Source of the DNA: Promethearchaeota archaeon
GTDB taxonomy: Archaea > Asgardarchaeota > Lokiarchaeia > Sigyniarchaeales > SOKP01
Length of the DNA stretch: 64,000 bases
Assembly (NCBI GenBank): GCA_048938895.1
Contig: JBHLLU010000008.1
Location: 39,470-103,469 of the forward strand
Direction of reading: 5' to 3'
Shown here: in pieces, positions 39,665 through 49,660 of the stretch
Layout: each line of letters starts with the position of its first letter
Position numbering within the stretch: position 1 is the stretch's first letter
Made by a program: the position numbers and the translations under genes
The notes under the pieces: generated by a model
Told to the model about the DNA's origin: nothing
Databases searched by the model: none
The model's input: the letters and a program-made list of their open reading frames with translations, nothing else

Positions 39665-41455
39665 TTACTCCAAAGTTTTAGAATATTTCACATCCATTAT
39701 TTTACTGTAAAGATTTGCTAGTTTCTTTGAGACAATTTTCCATCGAAAGTTTTTTTCTACTCTCCTATAGCAGTTTTCTCTAATTTTATTATAGAAATAA
39801 GGATCCAATAAAACTAAAGATTTTATAATTTCATCAGGAATTAGATTAACCAAATTAAGTATCTTCTGTTCATAAATCGATTTTTGATTTTCTACAATTT
39901 TGGAGATTTGAGCTAGCAGGAAGAGAGAAACTAAGGCATTAGAAAATTGATAAGGATTATCTTTTTCTATTAAAATACCCGTTCCTATTTCGGGAAAATT
40001 TCTAACATCAATAATAGTTTCCTGAAAACCTCCAACACGAGTTGCAATAATAGGAAGTTTCGATGACATTGCTTCCAATGCTATAATACCAAAAGGTTCC
40101 CATCTTGATAAAGCACAGTACACATCTGCGGATATATGAGCTAGATAAAATATATCTTTTGCTACTCCAAAAATTATTCGAATATTATTAGGATATTTTT
40201 TTACTATTTGGGCATATGATTTGATTTCCCCGATACTATACTCAGTAGGGAGAATTAAAAACAAGATTTTTGCATTTGGAATTTTTTCAATAACTTTTGG
40301 AATAGCCTCAAAAACAGTTTCAAAACCCTTTTGCTGCGATATTCTTCCTGTTGTAATTACTAAAGGGCCTGAATTTGCAAAAGCTCTTATATTTCCATCT
40401 TTATAGAATTGTTCACCATCTGAGATCTCATTTATTGCGTTAAGTACTTTAGTTGAACGAATTAGAGGTGATTTGTCTAAATGAGCAATTTTATATGTTA
40501 AGAGATAGTCTTTCATATTTGCTAGTGTAATATGTTTATTGTCAGGGATTTTCAATACTAACCTAATTTCTCTTCCGTGTTTATCCAATACTTCTTGAAA
40601 AATCTCTGTATAATCCCAATCACAACCATCCCAAATAAAATCTGATTTAAACTCAATTAATTCCTTCCCACAATTCGGGATTATATCTGAAATTAAATAA
40701 GATTGACTAACTGTTGTTACCATATCGCAAACAACAGCACCAATCTTTTCAACAGAAGGAACTTGATAAGAATCTTGAGATAATTTAAAAATCTCATTTA
40801 ATGAAAGCAAACTATAACCCTCTTTTAAAAGTATCGTAATAGGAGTATCATCAATCCCACATCCGTAATAAAACTCTTTCTCATATTTTGGCCAAGTTAA
40901 TAGATGAATTGTTATTATGGAACGAACATCTAATCTATTTTTTATCAAAGTTTGTTTTATACTAATGAATGGGATAACCGCATGATAATCATGTATGTGT
41001 ATTATATCTGGTGAGAATTCTCTTTGATTGTCAATGATGTAATCTATATAACACCGCATTCCAATGCTGTATAGTAATATCTTACCACTGAGGGTATTAG
41101 GGTTGTACACTGCAGGATCATCTAAAAATCGATTGGTAAATTGATTTTCCCCTGACAAAATAACAATATTTACATTATTTATTTCAAACTTATGAAAAGA
41201 GATCATATAATTACTTTCGGAATCATTTGATCCAAAAACAGAGGGATTTATTTGGCCCACGCAATTGAAAGGTAATTTTTCAAATGGATATGTTTTTTTA
41301 AGGTTGTCTAATTGACCATGTGATGGAATAAAGACGGTAACCTCAAAATCAACTCCCAAATGTTTTGCTTGATTAGCGGGTACCTCTCCTAAACCTCCTA
41401 CTTTAATAATTCCTGCATATTCAAAAGTGAATATCCAAACTTTACTTATGGTCAC
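39665..41455 (-). CDS. glgA: Glycogen synthase (archaeal type)
   Basis: KVGGL ADP/UDP-glucose motif, HIHDYH, TVS..Y, GRI..QKG, SRWEPFGIIALEAM, RVGG..ETI. Confidence 0.9.
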   Translation of the reverse strand: MTISKVWIFTFEYAGIIKVGGLGEVPANQAKHLGVDFEVTVFIPSHGQLDNLKKTYPFEKLPFNCVGQINPSVFGSNDSESNYMISFHKFEINNVNIVILSGENQFTNRFLDDPAVYNPNTLSGKILLYSIGMRCYIDYIIDNQREFSPDIIHIHDYHAVIPFISIKQTLIKNRLDVRSIITIHLLTWPKYEKEFYYGCGIDDTPITILLKEGYSLLSLNEIFKLSQDSYQVPSVEKIGAVVCDMVTTVSQSYLISDIIPNCGKELIEFKSDFIWDGCDWDYTEIFQEVLDKHGREIRLVLKIPDNKHITLANMKDYLLTYKIAHLDKSPLIRSTKVLNAINEISDGEQFYKDGNIRAFANSGPLVITTGRISQQKGFETVFEAIPKVIEKIPNAKILFLILPTEYSIGEIKSYAQIVKKYPNNIRIIFGVAKDIFYLAHISADVYCALSRWEPFGIIALEAMSSKLPIIATRVGGFQETIIDVRNFPEIGTGILIEKDNPYQFSNALVSLFLLAQISKIVENQKSIYEQKILNLVNLIPDEIIKSLVLLDPYFYNKIRENCYRRVEKNFRWKIVSKKLANLYSKIMDVKYSKTLE

Positions 41456-41684
41456 GATACTTCCTATTTTATTTAAACACTGTTAAAAGTAAAAGAAAAA
41501 ATTCTCATTCAAGTTGCTTTTAATCTAAGTCTTTAAAAAAAGAATTTTATTAAAAGTTAATTAAAATTTGATTTGAATGATTCAAAGACATCAAAAAGTA
41601 AATAATTAGGTGAATATGATATAATCTAAAGAAAAGATTTTATATTGAATAGAATAAAAAATTAAATTACTTGAAATTGAAAAC

Positions 41685-42071
41685 GTGAATCACAAAATGG
41701 GTAATTTCGAAGTGATTAATACGGGTGGTTCCAAGGTGGGACCCTATAGTCTTGCTATTAAAGCGGGAAACCTTTTGTTTATTTCAGGTCAAGTTATGGA
41801 TTCTGGTGTAGAAGGTATTAAAAATCAAACTCTAACTGCTTTGGGAAAAATTAAAAAAATTTTAGAAGCTGCAGGAGCAAAAGTTTCGGATATCGTAAAA
41901 ACAACAATTTTTTTGAAAAAAATGACAGATTTTAGGGAGATGAATCAAGTTTATAAGGCCTTTTTTGAACAAAATGGAGTAAAAGAAAAATTTCCTGCAA
42001 GAACAACTATAGAAGCCGCTTGTCCTCTTCCTGAGGGCTTGATTGAAATTGATGCTATAGCAGTTCTTTAG
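41685..42071 (+). CDS. ridA: RidA/YjgF family enamine deaminase
   Basis: GPYS.A, FISGQ, VKTTIFL..M.DF..MN.VY, conserved PAR, IEIDAIA. Confidence 0.9.
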   Translation: MNHKMGNFEVINTGGSKVGPYSLAIKAGNLLFISGQVMDSGVEGIKNQTLTALGKIKKILEAAGAKVSDIVKTTIFLKKMTDFREMNQVYKAFFEQNGVKEKFPARTTIEAACPLPEGLIEIDAIAVL

Positions 42072-42109
42072 AAAAAGGTTTAAAATAAAAAGAAAAAATA
42101 AATATAGCG

Positions 42110-42400
42110 ATGTTTATGGAAAATAAGTATATTATTATTGATCTAGATATGGATAATTGTGCTACCGCTCTTAAAGACATTCCTCAAGATACTGAGATGC
42201 ATATATTTAACAAGGTTATTAAAACAAACCAAAATATTCCTTTTGGGCATAAATTTGCTTTAAAAAATATAGAAAAAGAATCCTATGTGATCAAATATGG
42301 TGAAATAATAGGAATTGCAACCAAGGAAATTAATGAGGGTGATTGGATTCATAGTCATAATATTAGAAGTAATTATTTAGAGGTGACCAAGGATGGATGA
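42110..42400 (+). CDS. UxaA/GarD-family dehydratase small (SAF) subunit
   Basis: DNCATAL, IPFGHKFAL, VIKYGEIIG.A...I..G.WIH.HN. Confidence 0.9.
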   Translation: MFMENKYIIIDLDMDNCATALKDIPQDTEMHIFNKVIKTNQNIPFGHKFALKNIEKESYVIKYGEIIGIATKEINEGDWIHSHNIRSNYLEVTKDG

Positions 42401-43517
42401 AGGATTTTTTGGGTACCCACGTCTAAATGGAAAGGTCGGCATTAGAAATAAAATAGTTGTTTTGTCTTCTGTAGCTTGTGCGAATACTGTAGCTCGAAGA
42501 GTTGCTGAGAAAATAGATAATGGAATAGCAATTACTCATCCTTTCGGATGCGGTGAAGGAGGAATTGGTTTATCAAATACATTTAATATTTTAGCAGGTC
42601 TAGCAAGTAATCCAAATGTATATGCTACTCTAGTTATTGGACTTGGGTGTGAAGTTATTTTTAGCAACTTTTTAGCTGATCAAGTAAAAAAGTATGAAAA
42701 GCCAGTAGCTTCCTTTAATATTCAAGATGTTAAAGGAGGTACGATCGGTGCAATTGATAAAGGCGTAAGCATATGTAAAAAATTTGTTAAAGAAGCAGAT
42801 GAAATAAAGAGAGAATTCTTTGACTTTTCCCACATTACGTTAGGTTTAGAATGCGGAGGGAGCGATTTTTCGTCAGGGTTATCGGCGAATCCATCTCTTG
42901 GAATTGTGTCTGATAAATTAGTAAACTTGGGAGGAACCAGTATCCTTCCAGAAATGGCAGAATGGGCAGGAGCTGAACATTTACTAAGTAAAAGGGCAAT
43001 AAATGAAGAAGTTGCCCAGGAAATTATGAACCTATTTAAAGGAAAACAAGTTGAAAATCGTTCTCCGGGAAATATCGTTGGTGGATTAAGTACACCTGAA
43101 GAAAAATCACTAGGAAATATAGCTAAAGGGGGAAAAGCTACTATACAGGGAGTTATACAATACACAGAAAAACCTAAAGGAAAAGGATTGTGGTTAATGG
43201 TGGAGCCCGGATATGATGTTATATCTGTAACTGCTCTTGCTGCAGCGGGTGCTAATGTAATTGTTTTTACAACTGGTCGTGGTACTCCATTTGGATCTCC
43301 AGTAGCTCCAGTAATTAAAATTTGTGGAAATCCGAGAACATGTGAATATATGGCAAACAATATCGATATAGATGCCAGCCAAATCATAACCAATGGTAAA
43401 TCAATAGAAGACATAGCAGATTTATTATGGAAAAAGCTAGTAGATGTTTGTAATGGAGAAAAAACCAATACTGAAAAACTAGGATTCGAAGAAGACATAG
43501 GAATTTGGCGTGCTTAA
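42393..43517 (+). CDS. UxaA/GarD/SuyB-family dehydratase large subunit
   Basis: GY.R.NG.VGIRN, H..GC, GLGCE, LECGGSD, SPGN..GGLST.EEKSLG, FTTGRGTP. Confidence 0.9.
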   Translation: MDEGFFGYPRLNGKVGIRNKIVVLSSVACANTVARRVAEKIDNGIAITHPFGCGEGGIGLSNTFNILAGLASNPNVYATLVIGLGCEVIFSNFLADQVKKYEKPVASFNIQDVKGGTIGAIDKGVSICKKFVKEADEIKREFFDFSHITLGLECGGSDFSSGLSANPSLGIVSDKLVNLGGTSILPEMAEWAGAEHLLSKRAINEEVAQEIMNLFKGKQVENRSPGNIVGGLSTPEEKSLGNIAKGGKATIQGVIQYTEKPKGKGLWLMVEPGYDVISVTALAAAGANVIVFTTGRGTPFGSPVAPVIKICGNPRTCEYMANNIDIDASQIITNGKSIEDIADLLWKKLVDVCNGEKTNTEKLGFEEDIGIWRA

Positions 43518-43598
43518 AAAATTTTAAACCTTTTTAAGGTATTTTTAATAATCAAAATAAAACATTTTTAATTAAAGAAAAATTCTCAATTTGATATC

Positions 43599-44789
43599 AT
43601 GTGTGACACCTACGTAGCCCTAAGCACAGCTACTTCAGATAATAGTGTTATTTTTGGTAAAAATTCTGATAGAAAGATATCAGAAGCTCAATTAATTACT
43701 TATGCTCCTCATAAAAAATATTTTGAAGATGAGGATCTTAAATGTACTTATATATCAGTACCCCAGGTTAAAGAAACTAATGCTATTATTCTTTCACAAC
43801 CTTTTTGGTTATGGGGGGCAGAAATGGGCGCTAATGAATATAGAGTTGTTATTGGAAATGAAGCTATAGCAACTAGGGAAGTTTTAAAAAATACAGGGTT
43901 AATTGGGATGGATCTTGTAAGATTGGGTCTTGAACGCGGAAGATCTGCACAAGAGTCATTAAAAATTATGATTGAATTGATTGAAAAATTTGGTCAAGGA
44001 GGCATTCATTTTCAAGGTGGTGGAAATTATCATAATTCGTTTATAATTGCAGATCCAAAAGAAGCCTATGTGTTAGAAGTTGCAGGTGATTGGTGGGTAA
44101 TGGAAAAAGTTAATGATTTTAGAACAATTTCCAATGATCTTTCTATAAGAGGAAAAGGTGATTTAAGAAGAGAAGGTATCATTCAACATGCTATAGAAAA
44201 AGGTTATTGTAAAGATGATAAAGAATTTGATTTTGCTTTGACATTTTCATCGCAAAGACCTTTCCCTAATTACATTGAATGTTCTACTAATCAACTAAAT
44301 GAAAACTTAGGAAAAATTACTCCTTCTTTAATGATGAGTTTTCTAAGAGAACATGAGGGAAATATTTGTAGACATAAAAGAAAAGATCTAACTGCAAGTT
44401 CTCAAGTTTCATATATTCCAGAAGGAAATAATCGATCTATTCACTGGTTTACTGGAAGCAGTTTAACCTGTTTAAGTATTTTTAAGCCCTATATGTTTCC
44501 AATAGAAGATCTAGAAATTTTTGAACCACAAATATATTCTACGGTGAATCCAGATTGGTTTTGGAAAAGACACTTAGACTCCATTAAACATTTTATTTCA
44601 AGACCAAATAATGAAAATCCTGAGAGAGATAAATATTACAAGAAACTTAGGGAAGTAGAGGCTGACTTAATTTTACAGGTTAATGAAATCTTTTCGAAGG
44701 AGAATGAAGTATCAGAAGGAGAAACGACTCAAAAGATTAAATCTCTCAATAAAAAAGCTTGGGAACGGTCTGAAAAGTTGATTAATTAA
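43599..44789 (+). CDS. Secernin-like peptidase C69 (paralog 1)
   Basis: MCDT N-terminal nucleophile, FGKNSDR, WLWGAEMGANE, GMDLVRLGLERG, YHNSF. Confidence 0.9.
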   Translation: MCDTYVALSTATSDNSVIFGKNSDRKISEAQLITYAPHKKYFEDEDLKCTYISVPQVKETNAIILSQPFWLWGAEMGANEYRVVIGNEAIATREVLKNTGLIGMDLVRLGLERGRSAQESLKIMIELIEKFGQGGIHFQGGGNYHNSFIIADPKEAYVLEVAGDWWVMEKVNDFRTISNDLSIRGKGDLRREGIIQHAIEKGYCKDDKEFDFALTFSSQRPFPNYIECSTNQLNENLGKITPSLMMSFLREHEGNICRHKRKDLTASSQVSYIPEGNNRSIHWFTGSSLTCLSIFKPYMFPIEDLEIFEPQIYSTVNPDWFWKRHLDSIKHFISRPNNENPERDKYYKKLREVEADLILQVNEIFSKENEVSEGETTQKIKSLNKKAWERSEKLIN

Positions 44790-45958
44790 TGTGTGATACA
44801 TTTGTTGCACTTGGAAATGCTAGTAAAGATGGGACCACAATTTTTGGAAAGAATTCAGATCGTCCTTATGATGAGGCTCAATTAATAGTATATGTCCCCC
44901 GCACGAAATATGAGGATGGAGAGATATTGAAATGTACACATATCGAAATTCCTCAAGTTAAAGAAACTGAAGCTGTTCTTTTGAGCCAACCATGGTGGAT
45001 GTGGGGAGCAGAAATGGGCACAAATGAGCATGGTGTGGTTATGGGGAACGAAGCGGTATATACTCTTGAACCAATAAGAAGTGTTGGATTATTAGGAATG
45101 GACTTATTAAGATTAGGTCTTGAACGAGGAAAAACAGCAAGAGATGCATTAGATATCATCGTTAATCTATTAGAAACTTATGGACAAGGGGGAGGGTGTG
45201 CATATAATGATCCAACTTGGGTATATCATAATTCTTATATAATTGCAGATCCGAATGAAGCATTTGTATTAGAAACTGCTGATAAATGGTGGATTGCTGA
45301 AAAGGTGAAAAATGTTAGATCAATTTCTAATAATATTTCAATTAGAGGAAAAGGAGATTTAAGAAGGAAGGGTATTATTCAGCATGCAATAGAGAGAAAT
45401 TTTTGTAAAGATGAGGAAGACTTCGATTTTGCAGAGACTTTTTCAGGATCTCCTGTTAATTATATACCATCGCCTTATTCAAGAGAAGGAAAAGGTTATA
45501 AATTGTTGAATAAGAACATTGGTAATATAACTCCTAGACTTATGATGGATTTTCTACGAGAACATCAAGTCGGAATTTGTATGCACGGGGGCTTTGAATC
45601 AACCGGATCACAAGTTTCACATTTATTTAAAGATCAAAAATCAATACATTGGCTTACAGGAACCACACTCCCTTGTGTTAGTATTTATAAACCCTATACT
45701 TTCCCTATTGAAGGTCAGAAATTTTATGATTCTGGACCCTATGCTATGATCGATTCTAATTGGTTTTGGTGTAAACATTCAGCTAGGAAACCAGTCAATA
45801 GAAAAATTGAAATAATGAATTTTGAAGATTCAGTAATTTCCAAAGTAGACAACATTTTACATCAAGATAACCGAACTCCTGAAGATCATTTAGTAGCAGA
45901 GATTAAAAAGCTTAATATTGAAGCATGGAACAAATCTTATGAGATGCTAGATTGTTAA
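44789..45958 (+). CDS. Secernin-like peptidase C69 (paralog 2)
   Basis: MCDTFVAL, FGKNSDRP, WGAEMG.NEHGV, ICMHGG..STGSQV; TAATG overlap with paralog 1. Confidence 0.92.
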   Translation: MCDTFVALGNASKDGTTIFGKNSDRPYDEAQLIVYVPRTKYEDGEILKCTHIEIPQVKETEAVLLSQPWWMWGAEMGTNEHGVVMGNEAVYTLEPIRSVGLLGMDLLRLGLERGKTARDALDIIVNLLETYGQGGGCAYNDPTWVYHNSYIIADPNEAFVLETADKWWIAEKVKNVRSISNNISIRGKGDLRRKGIIQHAIERNFCKDEEDFDFAETFSGSPVNYIPSPYSREGKGYKLLNKNIGNITPRLMMDFLREHQVGICMHGGFESTGSQVSHLFKDQKSIHWLTGTTLPCVSIYKPYTFPIEGQKFYDSGPYAMIDSNWFWCKHSARKPVNRKIEIMNFEDSVISKVDNILHQDNRTPEDHLVAEIKKLNIEAWNKSYEMLDC

Positions 45959-46078
45959 TCATACCTAATGCCTTCCATCTTAATAGACATTATATAAAAG
46001 TTACACAGATCTTTGTTTTAATAAAACTTAATAGTTCAAGAGTATTTCTTATTTTAATATATTTCAATAAATTCATCA

Positions 46079-46384
46079 TTGATTAATCAAATGTCACAGA
46101 GTAAATTGGATATTTTAGGTATGGAAGGTGTTATCTCAAATTATAAACGAGGACGTCATACAGTCCACCAGAAACACTGCATTTTAGTTTTCTCCAATAT
46201 CAACTCGAGAAAAGATGCAAATAGACTTATCGGTAGAACTGTTGTTTGGAAAAGTTCGTCTGGTAAGGAATTAAAGGGTGTAATTACACGCGCACATGGT
46301 AATAATGGTGCTGTAAGAGCCCATTTTAAGAAAGCAGGAGTTCCAGGCCAAGCCCTTGGAACAAAGATTAAAATAATTAAATAG
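46079..46384 (+). CDS. rpl35ae: 50S ribosomal protein eL33 (L35Ae)
   Basis: G.I.NYKRG, A..LIGR.V.W, G.ITRAHGNNGAVRA.F...PGQALG. Confidence 0.93.
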   Translation: MINQMSQSKLDILGMEGVISNYKRGRHTVHQKHCILVFSNINSRKDANRLIGRTVVWKSSSGKELKGVITRAHGNNGAVRAHFKKAGVPGQALGTKIKIIK

Positions 46385-46530
46385 GTTTTGATTTTTTCTA
46401 TTTCATTATATCTGGATATTACATGATACATGAATAATATATTCTTTTTTGTATTTCTGACATTGTTATATCATAGATAACGCGATTTGTAAAGAATTTT
46501 GAATTTATTTAATTGGGATTATCTTTAAAA

Positions 46531-48549
46531 ATGTCAGATCAGATTTGCCGATTTTGTCAAAGATATGTGCAGTTGACTTATTATTGTGAAGATTGTGGTG
46601 CTAATTGTTGTTCTGACTGCTTACATGAAAAAAAAGTTGATTTCTATGTTTGTCAGGATTGTAATTCAAAAAATATAGAATCTTTTAATTCTGATAAAAG
46701 GAAGGTTTGTAAAGATTGTGGATGCGAGAACATAGTTAAGATAAACCAACCATTAAAATCGTGTCCTAAATGTGGTTCACATAAAATTATTAATATTTAT
46801 GAGAAAAAAGAAGATTTAGAAAAAGAATTCTTAGAATTGATAAAGAATTCAAGGTTTTTTATAAATCCTTTAAGAGAATCTTTAGAAAAATTATTTTTTA
46901 TACGTCAAGAGATAAAAAAGGCAAGAGATCCTCCTATTCGATGTTTTCACTTTCCTAAAATGGAATCAGATTTATTAGCTCTTTTTAAGCTATTTGTATA
47001 TGTACAAAATACATTATATGACAAAATAAATGCTCACTTTAATCAAATCATTTTATATAAAGAATATTTCTTTGATATTTATGCTCAGCCAAATTCTAAC
47101 ATAACCATTATTGAGGGTATTTTTGATAACCTTTTAAGGAGTTATAATTCTATCAATGAGTTTGTATCCAGTAATGTCCAAACTTTTAAAGATAGTATAA
47201 TATCTTTTGAGGAGAATCTAAAATTCATTGGTAAAATCAGTTGGTATTTTTCAACTTATAAGAAATTAATACATTTAGCAGATAAAGAAAAACCTGTTTA
47301 TGCAATTTATGCTAAATTAGCAAATGGATTAAATACTGAGGATAAATATAAAAAAGACAGAGGAGTTCTATTTATTACTAATTTAGATTTGTCTTTCATT
47401 CATGAGTATGGTATAAGAAAAAAAAAGAAAGCCCTTGTATTTAAAGCTCCGGTACAGGATTTAATAAAGATAAGAGAAAAAGGAAGAATCTTTAAAAAGT
47501 TGTATATTGAATTCGAATACGGCAAATATGAATTTTCATTATCACCTAATGCTCTTTCGAGAGTAATTGAGTATATTCTTTTAGCAAGGACATTTGATGA
47601 ATCTACAGTTTATGATTGTAAATCAGCAGAAAATTTACAGAGAGTTGTTATTGATTTAACTGAATTAGAAAATTTTATTGAAGAATGTATTAATTCTTTT
47701 TTTAGTTTAAAATGTCAATATAATAACAATTCTCAGAGCATTAATCAATTTAATCCACAATTCCCTCATAGTATTAATGCGTCCCCCAATCAAATTCAAG
47801 ATTCAATCCCTCAAGTCCAAAATCTTAGAAATTATTATCAAAATCCAAATTTCGGTCAGTTAGAGAGCAATCGATTTATATCCCAAACTCATAATAATCA
47901 CCCTTTTCAAGCTTATCCTCCCACTCAAGTTCACTCCTTACCCGGAATCAATGTTAATCCTGTAAATCAATATTCAAGATCTAATCCTCATCCTAGTAGA
48001 TTTTTTCCACAAAATTTCATTAATCCAAATCGATTTCAAAATTATCAAACTTCTCAAGAATTAAATCCCAATTTCGAAGAATTAAATAATAATAATGAAA
48101 GAGATCTTTTATACGGAAGTTTACATTATGGAGAAGGATATAATAAACAATCCATAGATCAATTTAATCAAAATTCTTTTATAGGACAAAATAAATTCAA
48201 TAATTTTGATAAAAATCACCTATCTGATTTGTTTAATCCTAATTACCCAATACCACAACAATCCTATAAACACAAGAGAAAATTATTTAAATTAAACAGA
48301 GAAAAACAAGAAAGAATGCTTGAATTAGAAAGAGATAGATATAGCCTTAAGGCTACATTAAAAAAACTTGAAACTAAATTTGATGAAGGATCGATTTCTG
48401 AAGCGGAGTACTTTAAAGCATATAGAAACTTAAACAAGGAAGTTTATGTTATAGATAATAAAATCCAAAAATTACAACAACGCTTAGAAGAGTTGGAATC
48501 TCTTAAAGAAAATAGTAGAAATTTTGATAACAAACGATTCTATACTTAA
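46531..48549 (+). CDS. Multidomain protein: multi-CxxC Zn module, helical region, PH-like domain, Q/N/P-rich region, Vps23-core/SHOCT-like C-terminus
   Basis: Six CxxC pairs; GVLFITNLDLSF PH-like core; low-complexity tract; FDEGSISEAEYFKAYRNL; ATG 46531 preferred over TTG 46513. Confidence 0.65.
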   Translation: MSDQICRFCQRYVQLTYYCEDCGANCCSDCLHEKKVDFYVCQDCNSKNIESFNSDKRKVCKDCGCENIVKINQPLKSCPKCGSHKIINIYEKKEDLEKEFLELIKNSRFFINPLRESLEKLFFIRQEIKKARDPPIRCFHFPKMESDLLALFKLFVYVQNTLYDKINAHFNQIILYKEYFFDIYAQPNSNITIIEGIFDNLLRSYNSINEFVSSNVQTFKDSIISFEENLKFIGKISWYFSTYKKLIHLADKEKPVYAIYAKLANGLNTEDKYKKDRGVLFITNLDLSFIHEYGIRKKKKALVFKAPVQDLIKIREKGRIFKKLYIEFEYGKYEFSLSPNALSRVIEYILLARTFDESTVYDCKSAENLQRVVIDLTELENFIEECINSFFSLKCQYNNNSQSINQFNPQFPHSINASPNQIQDSIPQVQNLRNYYQNPNFGQLESNRFISQTHNNHPFQAYPPTQVHSLPGINVNPVNQYSRSNPHPSRFFPQNFINPNRFQNYQTSQELNPNFEELNNNNERDLLYGSLHYGEGYNKQSIDQFNQNSFIGQNKFNNFDKNHLSDLFNPNYPIPQQSYKHKRKLFKLNREKQERMLELERDRYSLKATLKKLETKFDEGSISEAEYFKAYRNLNKEVYVIDNKIQKLQQRLEELESLKENSRNFDNKRFYT

Positions 48550-48630
48550 GATCATATTCCACATATTTTATGCAGATCTAGCATTTTTTAAGTAAACTAA
48601 GTTTATATTTATATAAGTCTTATAGAAAAT

Positions 48631-49650
48631 ATGGACGTACTTCCATTTTCCACAGTCGTCGGGAGCTGGCCTTTATCCAACACCATTGAAAACATGGAAA
48701 AGATTTTCAAAGATTTAATTCGAATTGGTGTGGATTTTCCCTGTTATCCTCAACTCACTCCTATGATTGCTCAATTTTTAGATCCATTAGCAAAAAGTAT
48801 AAGCTCTCTTGAAAAGGTTAGGAATAGATTCTATTTATCTAATGATTTTCAAGTTCCCAAAGAACCCATTGCTTTAGAATATGGAGAGTTTATTCTAAAA
48901 TATTTAAAAGCACACCCACATGTCCTTGAATCAGTCAAAGGAACAAAAGCTTGTTTGACAGGGCCTTTAACCTTGACAACTGAAATAGTGTTGAAAGATA
49001 AATTAGCAGCAGGTATTAAACCAAGAATTTTTGTAGAGCCTAGAGCGATAATGTTAGATTGGGTGGTAGAAAAATTTTCAGAAATAATGAAACAAGTTGG
49101 AAAAGCATATTATAAAATGGGTATAGATATTATTTCAATTGATGAACCAATACTCGGGTTTTTAGTTGGAAGAAAAACTCTTTTCCACTCTGAGGATTTT
49201 CTACTTAAGATACTGAATAATTCTATATCTGAAATAAAATCATTATCATCGATTCATGTCTGTGGACAAATTAGTCCTAAATGTAGGGATCTACTACTTC
49301 AAACAGATGTTAATATCCTGGACCATGAGTTTAGAACTAATGAAAATAATTTTACTATTTTCCAAAGGCATCATTTCTTAAATACTAATAAATTCTTAGC
49401 ATTAGGTACAGTAAAATCTAAATTTCCACCTGAAGAGGGAATGAAAATTAATGATTACATTGAAAGCGTTGATTCTCTTATAATTTATTTAGAAAAAGCC
49501 TTTAAACAATACGGTAAGGAAAATTTAATTATCAAACCTGATTGTGGATTCGAGGCATTAAAGGGATCATTTAAAGATGAAAATCTCGCTTATGAAATAG
49601 CAATAAGAAAAGTTAAAAATATGGTTCAAGCTTTGAAGAAATTTAATTAG
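48631..49650 (+). CDS. Core (single-domain, MetE C-terminal-like) methionine synthase
   Basis: VVGSWP, TGP.TL, IDEP, Zn ligands HVC, E and KPDCG. Confidence 0.8.
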   Translation: MDVLPFSTVVGSWPLSNTIENMEKIFKDLIRIGVDFPCYPQLTPMIAQFLDPLAKSISSLEKVRNRFYLSNDFQVPKEPIALEYGEFILKYLKAHPHVLESVKGTKACLTGPLTLTTEIVLKDKLAAGIKPRIFVEPRAIMLDWVVEKFSEIMKQVGKAYYKMGIDIISIDEPILGFLVGRKTLFHSEDFLLKILNNSISEIKSLSSIHVCGQISPKCRDLLLQTDVNILDHEFRTNENNFTIFQRHHFLNTNKFLALGTVKSKFPPEEGMKINDYIESVDSLIIYLEKAFKQYGKENLIIKPDCGFEALKGSFKDENLAYEIAIRKVKNMVQALKKFN

Positions 49651-49660
49651 AAAAATTTAA

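Noticed and set aside
42722-43498. 258-aa antisense ORF
   Set aside because: Lies wholly opposite the well-conserved UxaA-family gene and has the composition of a codon shadow, with no motifs
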